From contig JAISIR010000011.1 of the NCBI GenBank assembly GCA_031261985.1, positions 19,472-83,471 of the forward strand: a stretch of 64,000 nt of DNA. Direction: 5' to 3'. The notes beneath the pieces are model-generated. The model was given only the letters and a program-made list of their open reading frames with translations, had not been told where the DNA came from and made no database searches. Below, in pieces: positions 25,842 through 33,862 of this stretch. The translations under genes and the position numbers were made by a program. Origin of the DNA: Clostridiales bacterium (GTDB lineage: Bacteria > Bacillota > Clostridia > Monoglobales > WRBX01). How positions within the stretch are numbered: position 1 is the first letter of the stretch; each line of letters begins with the position of its first letter.

Positions 25842-27245
25842 ATGGTCATTATTAAAGAAGATGCGCCAAAACCGTCTAAAATTTCGCTAAAGTTTAGGCA
25901 CTTTTTTACACACATTAAACCCGAATCGGTGTTTTTACTTTTAGCTATACTTGTTATTATACCAATTTTTATTATACCAATTGCTCAGCCGTCAAATGGT
26001 GCGCTTTTTGCCTCGTTTAAAAGTATGGGCATGTATGCTACCGAGAATCCGCTTAAATATGGATGGCTTGGGCGCGCTGCCGTTTTACCTATACCGTACA
26101 CTGTTTTAGGGTATATAACGTTTTTTATACACAAAGTTATCCCTGCTGGGAGTGTTTTAGATTCGCGTGTATTAGGTGCAATTTATTGCATATTATTGCT
26201 GATTTGCGTTTTTAATACTTGCAAGGGCTTTAATACAATAAAGCACAGGTGGACCAATTACTTATTTGCCTTGCTTTGCGTATTAATATTATGCGATTAT
26301 TCTAACTTAGCCTTTTTTAACACATTATTTAGCTTGCCAATTTTATTTGTATCGTTAATGGCAATTATCGCTATATTTATATCTGTAATAAAGGGCGGAA
26401 GCATACGTTATTGGCAGATGGCATTATTGCTGATTATTGGTGTATCCTTAGCGTTTTTAGGTGATAAATTAAGTGCGTGGCTAGCGGTTGTGATTGGCGT
26501 TTTAGCGTATGCGTTTTTAGCTAGGCATACTCGAACTCCTGATAAAAGCTTTATTTTAGGCTTCTTTATAATACTTATTATAGCTAGTGGTGGGTACAAC
26601 GCGTTTTTTGTCCAAGGGGCGAGTTATAAGCAAGATTTATACAACAGTGTATTTTTTGGTATAACTGATGTTACATCGGTTGAGAGTATTGCGCTGCCGG
26701 ATAGTTTTAATGGGTATGCCGAGCATTTTTACTCGTCTGATAATCCAATTGACAACGGGTTCTACAAAGTTGCGAACTATAAAAGTATTATTACTTATTA
26801 TTTGCGTAACCCAAGTGATTTATTCAGTGAAATTAAGTATTCGGTTCAAAATGCGTTCGGCATGCGAGGGCTGGATATAAGTGGAGAAGCACCTGGAAAT
26901 TTTAGGTTATATGCGCTGCTAAAATCTATTTTTGCGCCTGCCACACGCTCAATGATGGTATTGTTTTTATTAATATATTTTGGAGTTTCGATATATGTAT
27001 CGTCCGACCGAACACGGAAGGACTCGACTAGGCAATTTGCAGGGTTGCTTGCGTGTTTAAGCGTGATAGAGTTTTTAGCTTTAGTTGCGCCGATAGTTTT
27101 AACGGGAAGATTTTTGGTTAATTATAATACATCGTTGGCAGGGATTATATTTGATATCTTAGTGTTATTTGGAATTGTCGGTGGAATTAGGATTTTGCTA
27201 GAGAATAATGACAGGAACAAAGAAAAGTTTGGGATAGAAGAGTAG
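25842..27245 (+). CDS. Polytopic integral membrane protein of unknown function (about 467 aa, at least 10 TM)
   Basis: The ATG at 25842 lies 9 nt after GGAGG (25828-25832); the track's GTG at 25836 is too close to the SD. The protein is hydrophobic throughout and I recognise no catalytic motif. Confidence 0.85.
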   Translation: MVIIKEDAPKPSKISLKFRHFFTHIKPESVFLLLAILVIIPIFIIPIAQPSNGALFASFKSMGMYATENPLKYGWLGRAAVLPIPYTVLGYITFFIHKVIPAGSVLDSRVLGAIYCILLLICVFNTCKGFNTIKHRWTNYLFALLCVLILCDYSNLAFFNTLFSLPILFVSLMAIIAIFISVIKGGSIRYWQMALLLIIGVSLAFLGDKLSAWLAVVIGVLAYAFLARHTRTPDKSFILGFFIILIIASGGYNAFFVQGASYKQDLYNSVFFGITDVTSVESIALPDSFNGYAEHFYSSDNPIDNGFYKVANYKSIITYYLRNPSDLFSEIKYSVQNAFGMRGLDISGEAPGNFRLYALLKSIFAPATRSMMVLFLLIYFGVSIYVSSDRTRKDSTRQFAGLLACLSVIEFLALVAPIVLTGRFLVNYNTSLAGIIFDILVLFGIVGGIRILLENNDRNKEKFGIEE

Positions 27246-27259
27246 GAAAATTAATAATA

Positions 27260-27295
27260 AAAAACAGGAGCGCATATGATGCACTCCTGTTTTTA
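27260..27295. terminator. Bidirectional terminator between convergent genes
   Basis: aaaaacaggagcgc ... gcactcctgttttt. Confidence 0.7.
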
Positions 27296-27338
27296 TACCA
27301 TAATTATATATACATCTTATTATATCTACATTTCACGT

Positions 27339-28724
27339 CTACATCGTTAATGTTCCATCTTCGCTTTCAATTAACACTAAAATTTTGCGTTCGGCGCCAG
27401 TTAGGGCATCGATATACACCAAGTAATTATGGTCGGCGACGTTGCCTCTAATTTCGTAACACAAAAGCTCGGTGCCAGAATCGTCGGGGATAACGGCTAG
27501 CTTAATATTATCTATCTTCAAATCGCTTGACATTTTGGCGCGAGCATCTTCTTGCGTTAGAATAGGTGTGGCAAGGCTACGCTGATAATGATTCATTATA
27601 TAGCTGTGTGCTTCATAGCCGATTATTCCGCCATCGTCTAGTGCTACCCTAACTTTAATAAGGTCGGGGTAATAGGTTACTTGCTCGTATTTATAGGCAA
27701 AATTAACCAAAACGGTATTGTTTTGCACCTCAAAATAAGTTGGAGCCATGCCGATTATGCCGCTGGAATCTAAAAATTCTTGCGCTTTAATCTCGGCTTG
27801 CTCGGCGTTTAAATTAGCGTTTTCGCTGGTGCGATTATCTAGAACCATTAGAACCTCGCCGCCGCGTTTGGTGACTGTTGCGCTAATCTCTCGCGCGTCA
27901 TCGTCGGGCAAGGTAATATCGAAGGAGTAGGCAGGGATAGAGCCTGCGACCTCGCTGCCTAGGGTAATGGTTACATCGTTATTAAGGCGCATGAAGGCGC
28001 GCAATTTAGCTTCTGCCTCGGCGACGCTTACATCGGCTTTATCCTTAATAAATATAGCCTCGCGACCATACATGTGTTGAGAGAATGGGCCGTCGTAAAT
28101 TAGGCTTGGATAATTAGAGAATTCTGCTTGGAGTTTTTCCATCTCGGAATTAAAAGTAGGGCTTTGGCTATTGGCAGAGGCGCTTGCTTTTTTTGTATCG
28201 CCAAAGTGGATGACGCCGCTGGCTAATTCGCTTTCTATTTGCTGCACGCTTGTATTTATGGTAGTAGAGTAATCTGCCAAAGTTTTAAGGCTGGCTCTAT
28301 CCTCATCGCTTAAATATTCACCAGATGATACCTTGCGTGATAGGCTATAGGTGTAATCGCCCACTTGAGTTAGGTATTTAGCGATATTCTCGGTGTCGAC
28401 GCTATTTAAGGGGAGTTGCCCTAGCGAGCTTTGTGCGAAGGCGGCGTTGCGAAACAGCTCGACGGACAGGGCGGATAATTGTTTAGGGTCGCGGCTTAGC
28501 ATGACTTTAGCAAGAGAGGTATCGACGTTGTTTATATAATCGGACATCTCGAAAAAAGCGCGTTGGTAATTACTTTCGGCTAGGTTTTTGTAATCGACGC
28601 TACGTTTATATTGGTATATAGCAATGGCAGAAATTATAGCTAGAACAATTAATGTAGCACTATATATATGCCTATCTTGAAGTTTAGATTTAAAGTCTAT
28701 TAATTTTTGACGAAACTTAGTCAT
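27339..28724 (-). CDS. ypeB: Spore germination protein YpeB
   Basis: N-terminal TM, then NYQRAFFEMSDYINNVDTSLAKVMLSRDPKQLSALSVELFRNAAFAQSSLGQLPL, which matches the conserved YpeB N-domain. PepSY-type repeats follow at the C-terminus. The gene lies directly downstream of sleB. Confidence 0.85.
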   Translation of the reverse strand: MTKFRQKLIDFKSKLQDRHIYSATLIVLAIISAIAIYQYKRSVDYKNLAESNYQRAFFEMSDYINNVDTSLAKVMLSRDPKQLSALSVELFRNAAFAQSSLGQLPLNSVDTENIAKYLTQVGDYTYSLSRKVSSGEYLSDEDRASLKTLADYSTTINTSVQQIESELASGVIHFGDTKKASASANSQSPTFNSEMEKLQAEFSNYPSLIYDGPFSQHMYGREAIFIKDKADVSVAEAEAKLRAFMRLNNDVTITLGSEVAGSIPAYSFDITLPDDDAREISATVTKRGGEVLMVLDNRTSENANLNAEQAEIKAQEFLDSSGIIGMAPTYFEVQNNTVLVNFAYKYEQVTYYPDLIKVRVALDDGGIIGYEAHSYIMNHYQRSLATPILTQEDARAKMSSDLKIDNIKLAVIPDDSGTELLCYEIRGNVADHNYLVYIDALTGAERKILVLIESEDGTLTM

Positions 28725-28756
28725 GTTTTAAATGCTCCTTTTTATATTATTCAAAT

Positions 28757-29224
28757 TTATATAGCAAAGTTGTGCTTACCTATTGTTAGCTGAATCTGGC
28801 GGGACCATATCCAACTACTTGTAGCAGTTGAGGGATTATAGTAATAAATGCAACCATTAGTTGGGTCGCTGCCTGCCATTGCTTCGGCGCAGGCTTTATA
28901 TATGCTACTGTTCTCGTCTATGGGGACGTTAATTTGACCATCGCTGACGGCGGTGAAAGCACCTGGCTGATATATAACGCCAGAGATAGTGTTGGGGAAT
29001 GATGCGTGTTTAACACGATTTAGAATAACAGCTGCGACGGCTACCTGACCTTTATATGGCTCGCCGCGCGCCTCGCCATTTACGCAGCGGGCTAGCAATT
29101 GGGTATCGTTGTTAGAGCTAGAATTGCTTGCCGAGATATTATCGGTTGATAGTGATAAAAGGCTTATGAACAGGGCAAGAGCTGCAAAGCAACAAAGGGT
29201 TTTTAAGTAAATATTTTTGTTCAT
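28757..29224 (-). CDS. sleB: Spore cortex-lytic enzyme / cell wall hydrolase of the SleB family
   Basis: LLARCVNGEARGEPYKGQVAVAAVILNRVKHASFPNTISGVIYQPGAFTAVSDG is the Hydrolase_2 signature. The start is set at ATG 29224 (GGAG upstream, signal peptide MNKNIYLKTLCCFAALALFISLL) rather than at 29251. Confidence 0.85.
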   Translation of the reverse strand: MNKNIYLKTLCCFAALALFISLLSLSTDNISASNSSSNNDTQLLARCVNGEARGEPYKGQVAVAAVILNRVKHASFPNTISGVIYQPGAFTAVSDGQINVPIDENSSIYKACAEAMAGSDPTNGCIYYYNPSTATSSWIWSRQIQLTIGKHNFAI

Positions 29225-29344
29225 AGTTGTAAGAGTCACTCCAATATTCATGTAAATTTAACCAATTTAAGTTATTTTTGTCAGAATTAAAAAAATTTAT
29301 TCATAACTATTGACATTTTTAGTAAAATATAGTAACATGGATTA

Positions 29345-29503
29345 TAGTAACCACCGAATAACTCTCGTTTGTGCTTTTCGGTTAAAATTCCGTTTTAGTG
29401 CGTCAGCCTCGTAAAGCAGGCGTCAGCCTTGCTTTCCTCGTTTCCTTCTAAAACAAAATTTTATCTCGAAAATCCCTAAACGCGAGTTAATCAGTGCTTA
29501 CTA
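29345..29503. repeat. 159-bp imperfect foldback element (family F, long form)
   Basis: The termini tagtaaccaccgaataactctcg and cgcgagttaatcagtgcttacta are inverted. The inner arms cttttcggttaaaattccgttttag and ctaaaacaaaattttatctcgaaaat are also inverted. The centre carries the direct repeat gcgtcagcct twice. A 34-bp short form lies at 45353-45386. Confidence 0.75.
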
Positions 29504-29550
29504 TATAAGTATGGTGAATGTTCACCATAACTTTTTAAGGAGGCTTTATA

Positions 29551-30333
29551 ATGATAAACGTACCAGTTTCAACGTTTCGTGCGCGTGCGCGTGAAGATTT
29601 AAAAGGCAGATGGGGTTCTGCTATAGGTGCCCTTGTTCTGTTTGTAATTAGTGGTGTTGTTATCAATTTTATTTGTACCTTTGTTGCCAATATTTTTGGT
29701 GGGCAAGAAAATTTAGTAGGATTATTTGTATTACAACTATTGACATTCCTGCTTTCTGTTCCGATAGCGTTTGGTTTTATTATGTTTATGCTTAATTTTG
29801 CGCGTAAAGATAAAGACGTTGCAGCGACAGATATTTACAACGGTTATAATTATTTTGTGCCTGTAGTTGTGTTGAACATTTTACTTAATATATTCATTCT
29901 ATTATGGACGATGCTTTTAATTATCCCTGGTATAATCAAGAGTATCGAATATTCGCAGGCACAATTTATTTTGGCAGATGACCCAACAATTGCGCCTATC
30001 GAAGCTATTAATGAGAGTAAAAAGATGATGTATGGCAATAAAATGAAATACTTCCTTTTAAACCTTAGCTTTATAGGCTGGGGGATACTAACCGTGATTA
30101 CTTTTGGTATAGCGGCTATTTGGGTAGGGCCATATATGCAAACAGCTTTAGCAGAGTTTTATTTAGAAGTAAGTGGTAAGGGTGGCGCAGAGGCTTCTGG
30201 TGATGCTACTTCATCTTCTTCTGCAATCGCAAATAGTGTAATTGTAGAGGATAAAAAGGCTCCTGTTGAACCAGTTGTAAAGGCAGATTCTGAAGCAGAG
30301 AAAGGTGCCGAAGTTACTTCTGACGACGAGTAG
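29551..30333 (+). CDS. DUF975-like integral membrane protein (260 aa)
   Basis: The N-terminus FRARAREDLKGRWGSAIGALVLFVI and the 4-5 TM layout are typical of DUF975. The C-terminal tail is acidic and Ser-rich. SD is AAGGAGG. Confidence 0.75.
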   Translation: MINVPVSTFRARAREDLKGRWGSAIGALVLFVISGVVINFICTFVANIFGGQENLVGLFVLQLLTFLLSVPIAFGFIMFMLNFARKDKDVAATDIYNGYNYFVPVVVLNILLNIFILLWTMLLIIPGIIKSIEYSQAQFILADDPTIAPIEAINESKKMMYGNKMKYFLLNLSFIGWGILTVITFGIAAIWVGPYMQTALAEFYLEVSGKGGAEASGDATSSSSAIANSVIVEDKKAPVEPVVKADSEAEKGAEVTSDDE

Positions 30334-30444
30334 ACTTCTGCTCTGAGTAAAGAGTTTTAATCACATATATATCATATAAAGCCGGTGTTATAGAATGTTG
30401 CTTAGTTAAGAGATTTTCTATAATGCTTGGCTTTATATGCTTTT

Positions 30445-30521
30445 GTGTCCGTAGCTCAATTGGATAGAGCGTCAGATTCCGGTTCTGAAGGTTGCAGGTT
30501 CAAGTCCTGTCGGGCATGCCA
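30445..30521 (+). tRNA. tRNA-Arg (anticodon CCG), 77 nt with encoded CCA
   Basis: Manual cloverleaf: acceptor GTGTCCG/CGGGCAT (two G-U pairs), D arm GCTC-AATTGGATA-GAGC, anticodon arm TCAGA-TTCCGGT-TCTGA, variable loop AGGTT, T arm GCAGG-TTCAAGT-CCTGT, discriminator G, then CCA. Confidence 0.9.
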
Positions 30522-30547
30522 TGCAAATGGCGAAGCCATTTGCAACT

Positions 30548-30716
30548 AAGTGCGCCCTTGGCGCGTGAAGTTATCTTCGATAGTGAAGTGCGCTACGCGC
30601 GTGAAGTGTGCCTAGCGGCACGTTGAAAAGCACTTAACTTCACTTAGCGTTTGCGCTATACTTCACTGTTGGCTGAAAGCCAACAACTTCACTTTATGCG
30701 CAGCATGAAACTTCAC
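30548..30716. repeat. Array of 3 GTGAAGT and 4 ACTTCAC heptamers interleaved with short GC hairpins
   Basis: GTGAAGT occurs at 30565, 30583 and 30601. ACTTCAC occurs at 30637, 30660, 30686 and 30710. The interleaved hairpins are gcgcc-ctt-ggcgc, gcgc-tac-gcgc, gtgcc-tagc-ggcac, tagcg-tttg-cgcta, gttggc-tgaaa-gccaac and atgc-gca-gcat. Confidence 0.85.
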
Positions 30717-30782
30717 TGATTACATCTTTTTAGGAGCAAGTTTGGTAATGAACGATGAATAATTAATGGGGGGAGTTTATTT

Positions 30783-31679
30783 ATGAATCCTATTCTAAAC
30801 AAGAATCAGCGTAGGGGGATATTTGATATTGACCAAGACCTTACTTATGATGAAAGAAATATCAATGCCTTGGGCATAGATTCTACAGGGTGCGCGGCGA
30901 AGATAAATATAATTGGTGAGAAGTATCCTTACGTTAACGTAAGACTAAATGGGAGCACCGATGGGCGCGTTAACTTTACCACGGATATAGAGAACGGGAA
31001 GCTAAAGATTAAATTAGAGCTTGAATTAAGGTACCCTTTAAACGATAGGTCTAGCTTTGAGTTTTACACGTCTACAGCGTTGTCGTCTAATATGCGAGTA
31101 GAAGAAGGTAAGTTAACGCATAATGGTGTTAACGATGTAACGTTAGATGTTTATATCCCTAAAAAGGTGCTAGATAGTTTAGATATTGAGACGATAAGTG
31201 GGGATGTTAAGCTAGAAAAAATTGCGGCGCGGCAAATGGATTTGGCTATAGAAGGTAAGAGTAACTTGGATATGAACAATACTAATGCAGAGCGTTTAGA
31301 TGTAAGGATTGCTGATGGTCATGTTTTGGGTGAAAGATTGGATATAGACGAGATTACTTCTATTAGCGGGAATGGGTTTCAGGAATATAACGGGAGCTTT
31401 AAGCAATTAGATTTAAAAGCTAGTGTGGGGAATATACATGTAGAAACTGTCGCGCAAAATGATATGACGATAAATGCGATAACCAGGCGGGGGAATGTAA
31501 GTGCTAAGCTGGGGAATATTGGGGAATCGGATGTTGAGCTTATTGCACCGCGAGATGGGGCGAATAATTCACCTGCTAAATTAGGAGGGGATTATGCCGC
31601 GCGAGGCAGCTTAAAGACTTATGACGGGCTGGTTTATTATGCCGCTCAGAAATATTTTGTGCCAGAGCTTGTGCGATAA
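30783..31679 (+). CDS. DUF4097-like putative beta-helical adhesin-type protein (298 aa)
   Basis: Repetitive strand pattern GDVKLEKIAARQMDLAIEGKSNLDMNNTNAERLDVRIADGHV ... VGNIHVETV ... RGNVSAKLG. No signal peptide. SD is GGGGGAG. Confidence 0.6.
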   Translation: MNPILNKNQRRGIFDIDQDLTYDERNINALGIDSTGCAAKINIIGEKYPYVNVRLNGSTDGRVNFTTDIENGKLKIKLELELRYPLNDRSSFEFYTSTALSSNMRVEEGKLTHNGVNDVTLDVYIPKKVLDSLDIETISGDVKLEKIAARQMDLAIEGKSNLDMNNTNAERLDVRIADGHVLGERLDIDEITSISGNGFQEYNGSFKQLDLKASVGNIHVETVAQNDMTINAITRRGNVSAKLGNIGESDVELIAPRDGANNSPAKLGGDYAARGSLKTYDGLVYYAAQKYFVPELVR

Positions 31680-31699
31680 ATTGTGATACATTAAATAAA

Positions 31700-31780
31700 A
31701 ACGCTTCGGTGGAGTGAATCTGCGAAGCGTTAAATTTATTATAGCAAATTGCTGATAAGCCGGCAATTTGTTTGTTTTTT
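31700..31780 (+). terminator. Two tandem hairpins, the second with a T-run (terminator of the DUF4097-like gene)
   Basis: acgcttcggtgga-GTGAA-tctgcgaagcgt (31700-31731), then caaattgc tgataagc cggcaatttg followed by tttgtttttt (31746-31780). Confidence 0.65.
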
Positions 31781-33680
31781 ACTTTTTAGCTCCTACTAAG
31801 TTCAACACACCGTTGGCAAGTTGAGTTGCGCCGATAACTACTCCTGCAATTGCACCTGCTTTACCTAAAGCATCTATAGCTTTATTTTTATGCGCATTAT
31901 CAGTTGATGTTTGTATCCCTGCGCTGGCTAATACCTTGCCTGAATACAATGTTGAAGCTATCGTTAACAATCCTTGAACGACCTCTGTTTTACTAGAAAC
32001 ATCGGCAATCCTTTTAGCTATATTATCAAGCGAAGCTACTTGTTTTAGCAAACGTGTCGTGATATCATCTTCGGTAATTGTGTAGCAACCTTTGTTATGC
32101 GCTATAGGTTTTACATTTAACGAGTGCTGAAGTTGCACCTGTTGCGCATACGCTTTAGCAAACCTACCGTTACCAAAATCGGGGAATAGTTTTGCAATAT
32201 TAAATATATTTATCAATTTTTGTCTAGCGCGCGATGTCACAATAAAATGCTTATTATATTTTTTCATACGTTTATTGAATATAGCATATAATTGCTCGGC
32301 GTTATAATCTTTGATATTAACAATATAAGGCATTCTCGATTGGAAACCTGGGTCTGCTTTAATCAAGTCTTTCATTACCCCTGGGTACCCTACCATTACG
32401 CTACAAGGCGATAGTTCTAAAATCTTCAGCAACCTCATTATTCCATCCTTGCTACCTAAAGCGCCTTGAACTTCGTCGATAAATAGCAAACCTTTTTTTG
32501 AAACTCTAATTACGTCTTCAACAAAATCACTATTGTCGTTAGATGCAATTTGTTGACCTGTTAGTCTAAAAATTTTATCTTCCTCAATTTTACCCGAGCG
32601 GAATAACGAGTTAGAAATATAAGGCGCGAGCATTGTTTTACCACATCCAGGGTTGCCGGTTAGAACAATGCTAATATTATCGTCATCGACCACGCCTAAT
32701 TTTTTATTGACTTTGCTACTTCTATTAATATCGGCAAGTGCTTTTTTAACAGGGGCTAAATCGACTAATTCTTCGATATCCGTTCCATCGTAGTTAACCT
32801 CGGCTAATAAAACGCCTAAATCGTTTTTGTTTATATATTTAAATAAATTTTGTATCCCTTTAGGAATCTCATCAACCGACATTACCTCGTTATTATCGCT
32901 ATGATTACTCCAATAAATTTTAGCAAGCTCATCGGCAAAATTGTTTAATACTTCAGGGTCTTTATAAATTTTATCCCAGCTTGAGGAATCAATCAAAAGC
33001 GATTCGATGCGTTTTTGCCCAGCTTGGTCTATTTTGATACCCTCTTTTGCTAATTTTTCTGAAATAATTTCTGCCTTTTTTGTATTGTCGTTTTCCGCCT
33101 TCTTAATAATTTTTGCGATATAAGAATGAGGCACAATACCGTTTGACATTATATGGTCGATAGTTTCGCCTTTGCCAAATAAAACAGTCGGAGCTTCTAG
33201 GTTTGTAGCCTCTTTTAGAATGTGTGAAAGGATTCGAGTTTTTTCTTCATCTTTATTATTAGTGCTATCGTTTCCACTGAAACTATTATAAATAGAATCA
33301 AAATGGGCACGCATTCGCATATTGGATGTACTATTAGACTGTGGCTTGGAATCGTAAGAAACGCCCTTGATAATCAACAGTTGCCCTTTTTTTATATTCT
33401 CAAGACGCTTGGTTAAGCTTTTTAAAATTTGGTCAGAATTGCCAATATCAAAATCTGCAAAATCGAGAACAATAGGTTCTGCATCGTTTGCTAAGCCTTG
33501 TGATTTATATTTTTCGGTAATTTCTTGTATCATTTTACCTTGTTCTTCGGAATCTAAACCCGTTAGAGCAATATTATTGTGGAAAATCCTACCCGTTTTG
33601 TTTTGCCTGCGTGATAGCATTTGAAGATAGCTTTCAAAATCTTGTCGGATAATATTTAGTTCTTTGCTCATCGGAATCAC
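31779..33680 (-). CDS. SpoVK/CbbX-type AAA+ ATPase with an extended N-terminal region and a Gly/Ala-rich C-terminal tail (633 aa)
   Basis: Walker A is VLTGNPGCGKT and Walker B is LLFIDEVQG. The box GYPGVMKDLIKADPGFQSRMPYIVNIKDYNAEQL matches the SpoVK/CbbX family signature (AGY...NPGL.SRF). The tail reads GKAGAIAGVVIGATQLANGVLNLVGAKK. Confidence 0.75.
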   Translation of the reverse strand: MIPMSKELNIIRQDFESYLQMLSRRQNKTGRIFHNNIALTGLDSEEQGKMIQEITEKYKSQGLANDAEPIVLDFADFDIGNSDQILKSLTKRLENIKKGQLLIIKGVSYDSKPQSNSTSNMRMRAHFDSIYNSFSGNDSTNNKDEEKTRILSHILKEATNLEAPTVLFGKGETIDHIMSNGIVPHSYIAKIIKKAENDNTKKAEIISEKLAKEGIKIDQAGQKRIESLLIDSSSWDKIYKDPEVLNNFADELAKIYWSNHSDNNEVMSVDEIPKGIQNLFKYINKNDLGVLLAEVNYDGTDIEELVDLAPVKKALADINRSSKVNKKLGVVDDDNISIVLTGNPGCGKTMLAPYISNSLFRSGKIEEDKIFRLTGQQIASNDNSDFVEDVIRVSKKGLLFIDEVQGALGSKDGIMRLLKILELSPCSVMVGYPGVMKDLIKADPGFQSRMPYIVNIKDYNAEQLYAIFNKRMKKYNKHFIVTSRARQKLINIFNIAKLFPDFGNGRFAKAYAQQVQLQHSLNVKPIAHNKGCYTITEDDITTRLLKQVASLDNIAKRIADVSSKTEVVQGLLTIASTLYSGKVLASAGIQTSTDNAHKNKAIDALGKAGAIAGVVIGATQLANGVLNLVGAKK

Positions 33681-33773
33681 TCCTTAAACGTTCCGTTTAA
33701 TCGAATGTGTCTATTATAAAGTAACTTTTTTGTGACACAATCTTTCTACATGCCTATATCTTTATTATACCAT

Positions 33774-33808
33774 AAAAAGTGACGGATTTCAATAGAGAAA
33801 TCCGTCGT
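33774..33808 (-). terminator. Rho-independent terminator of lon
   Basis: On the minus strand: gacggattt ctctattga aatccgtc, followed by actttttat. Confidence 0.7.
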
Positions 33809-33862
33809 TATGTTAAGGAAATGTTAAATTTTTTGGTATATTGCTAATTTCAGACGATGAAT

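Noticed and set aside
30548-30716. The heptamer and hairpin array, considered as a CRISPR array.
   Set aside because: The repeat unit is only 7 nt plus variable hairpins. The spacing of 18-26 nt is too short and irregular, the repeats occur in both orientations, and no cas genes are nearby.
30445-33680. The tRNA-Arg-flanked region, considered as an integrated mobile element or defence island.
   Set aside because: No integrase, recombinase, phage or plasmid gene is present, and there is no direct repeat of the tRNA 3' end within the window. Only the repeat array, a DUF4097-like gene and an AAA+ gene are present, which is insufficient evidence.
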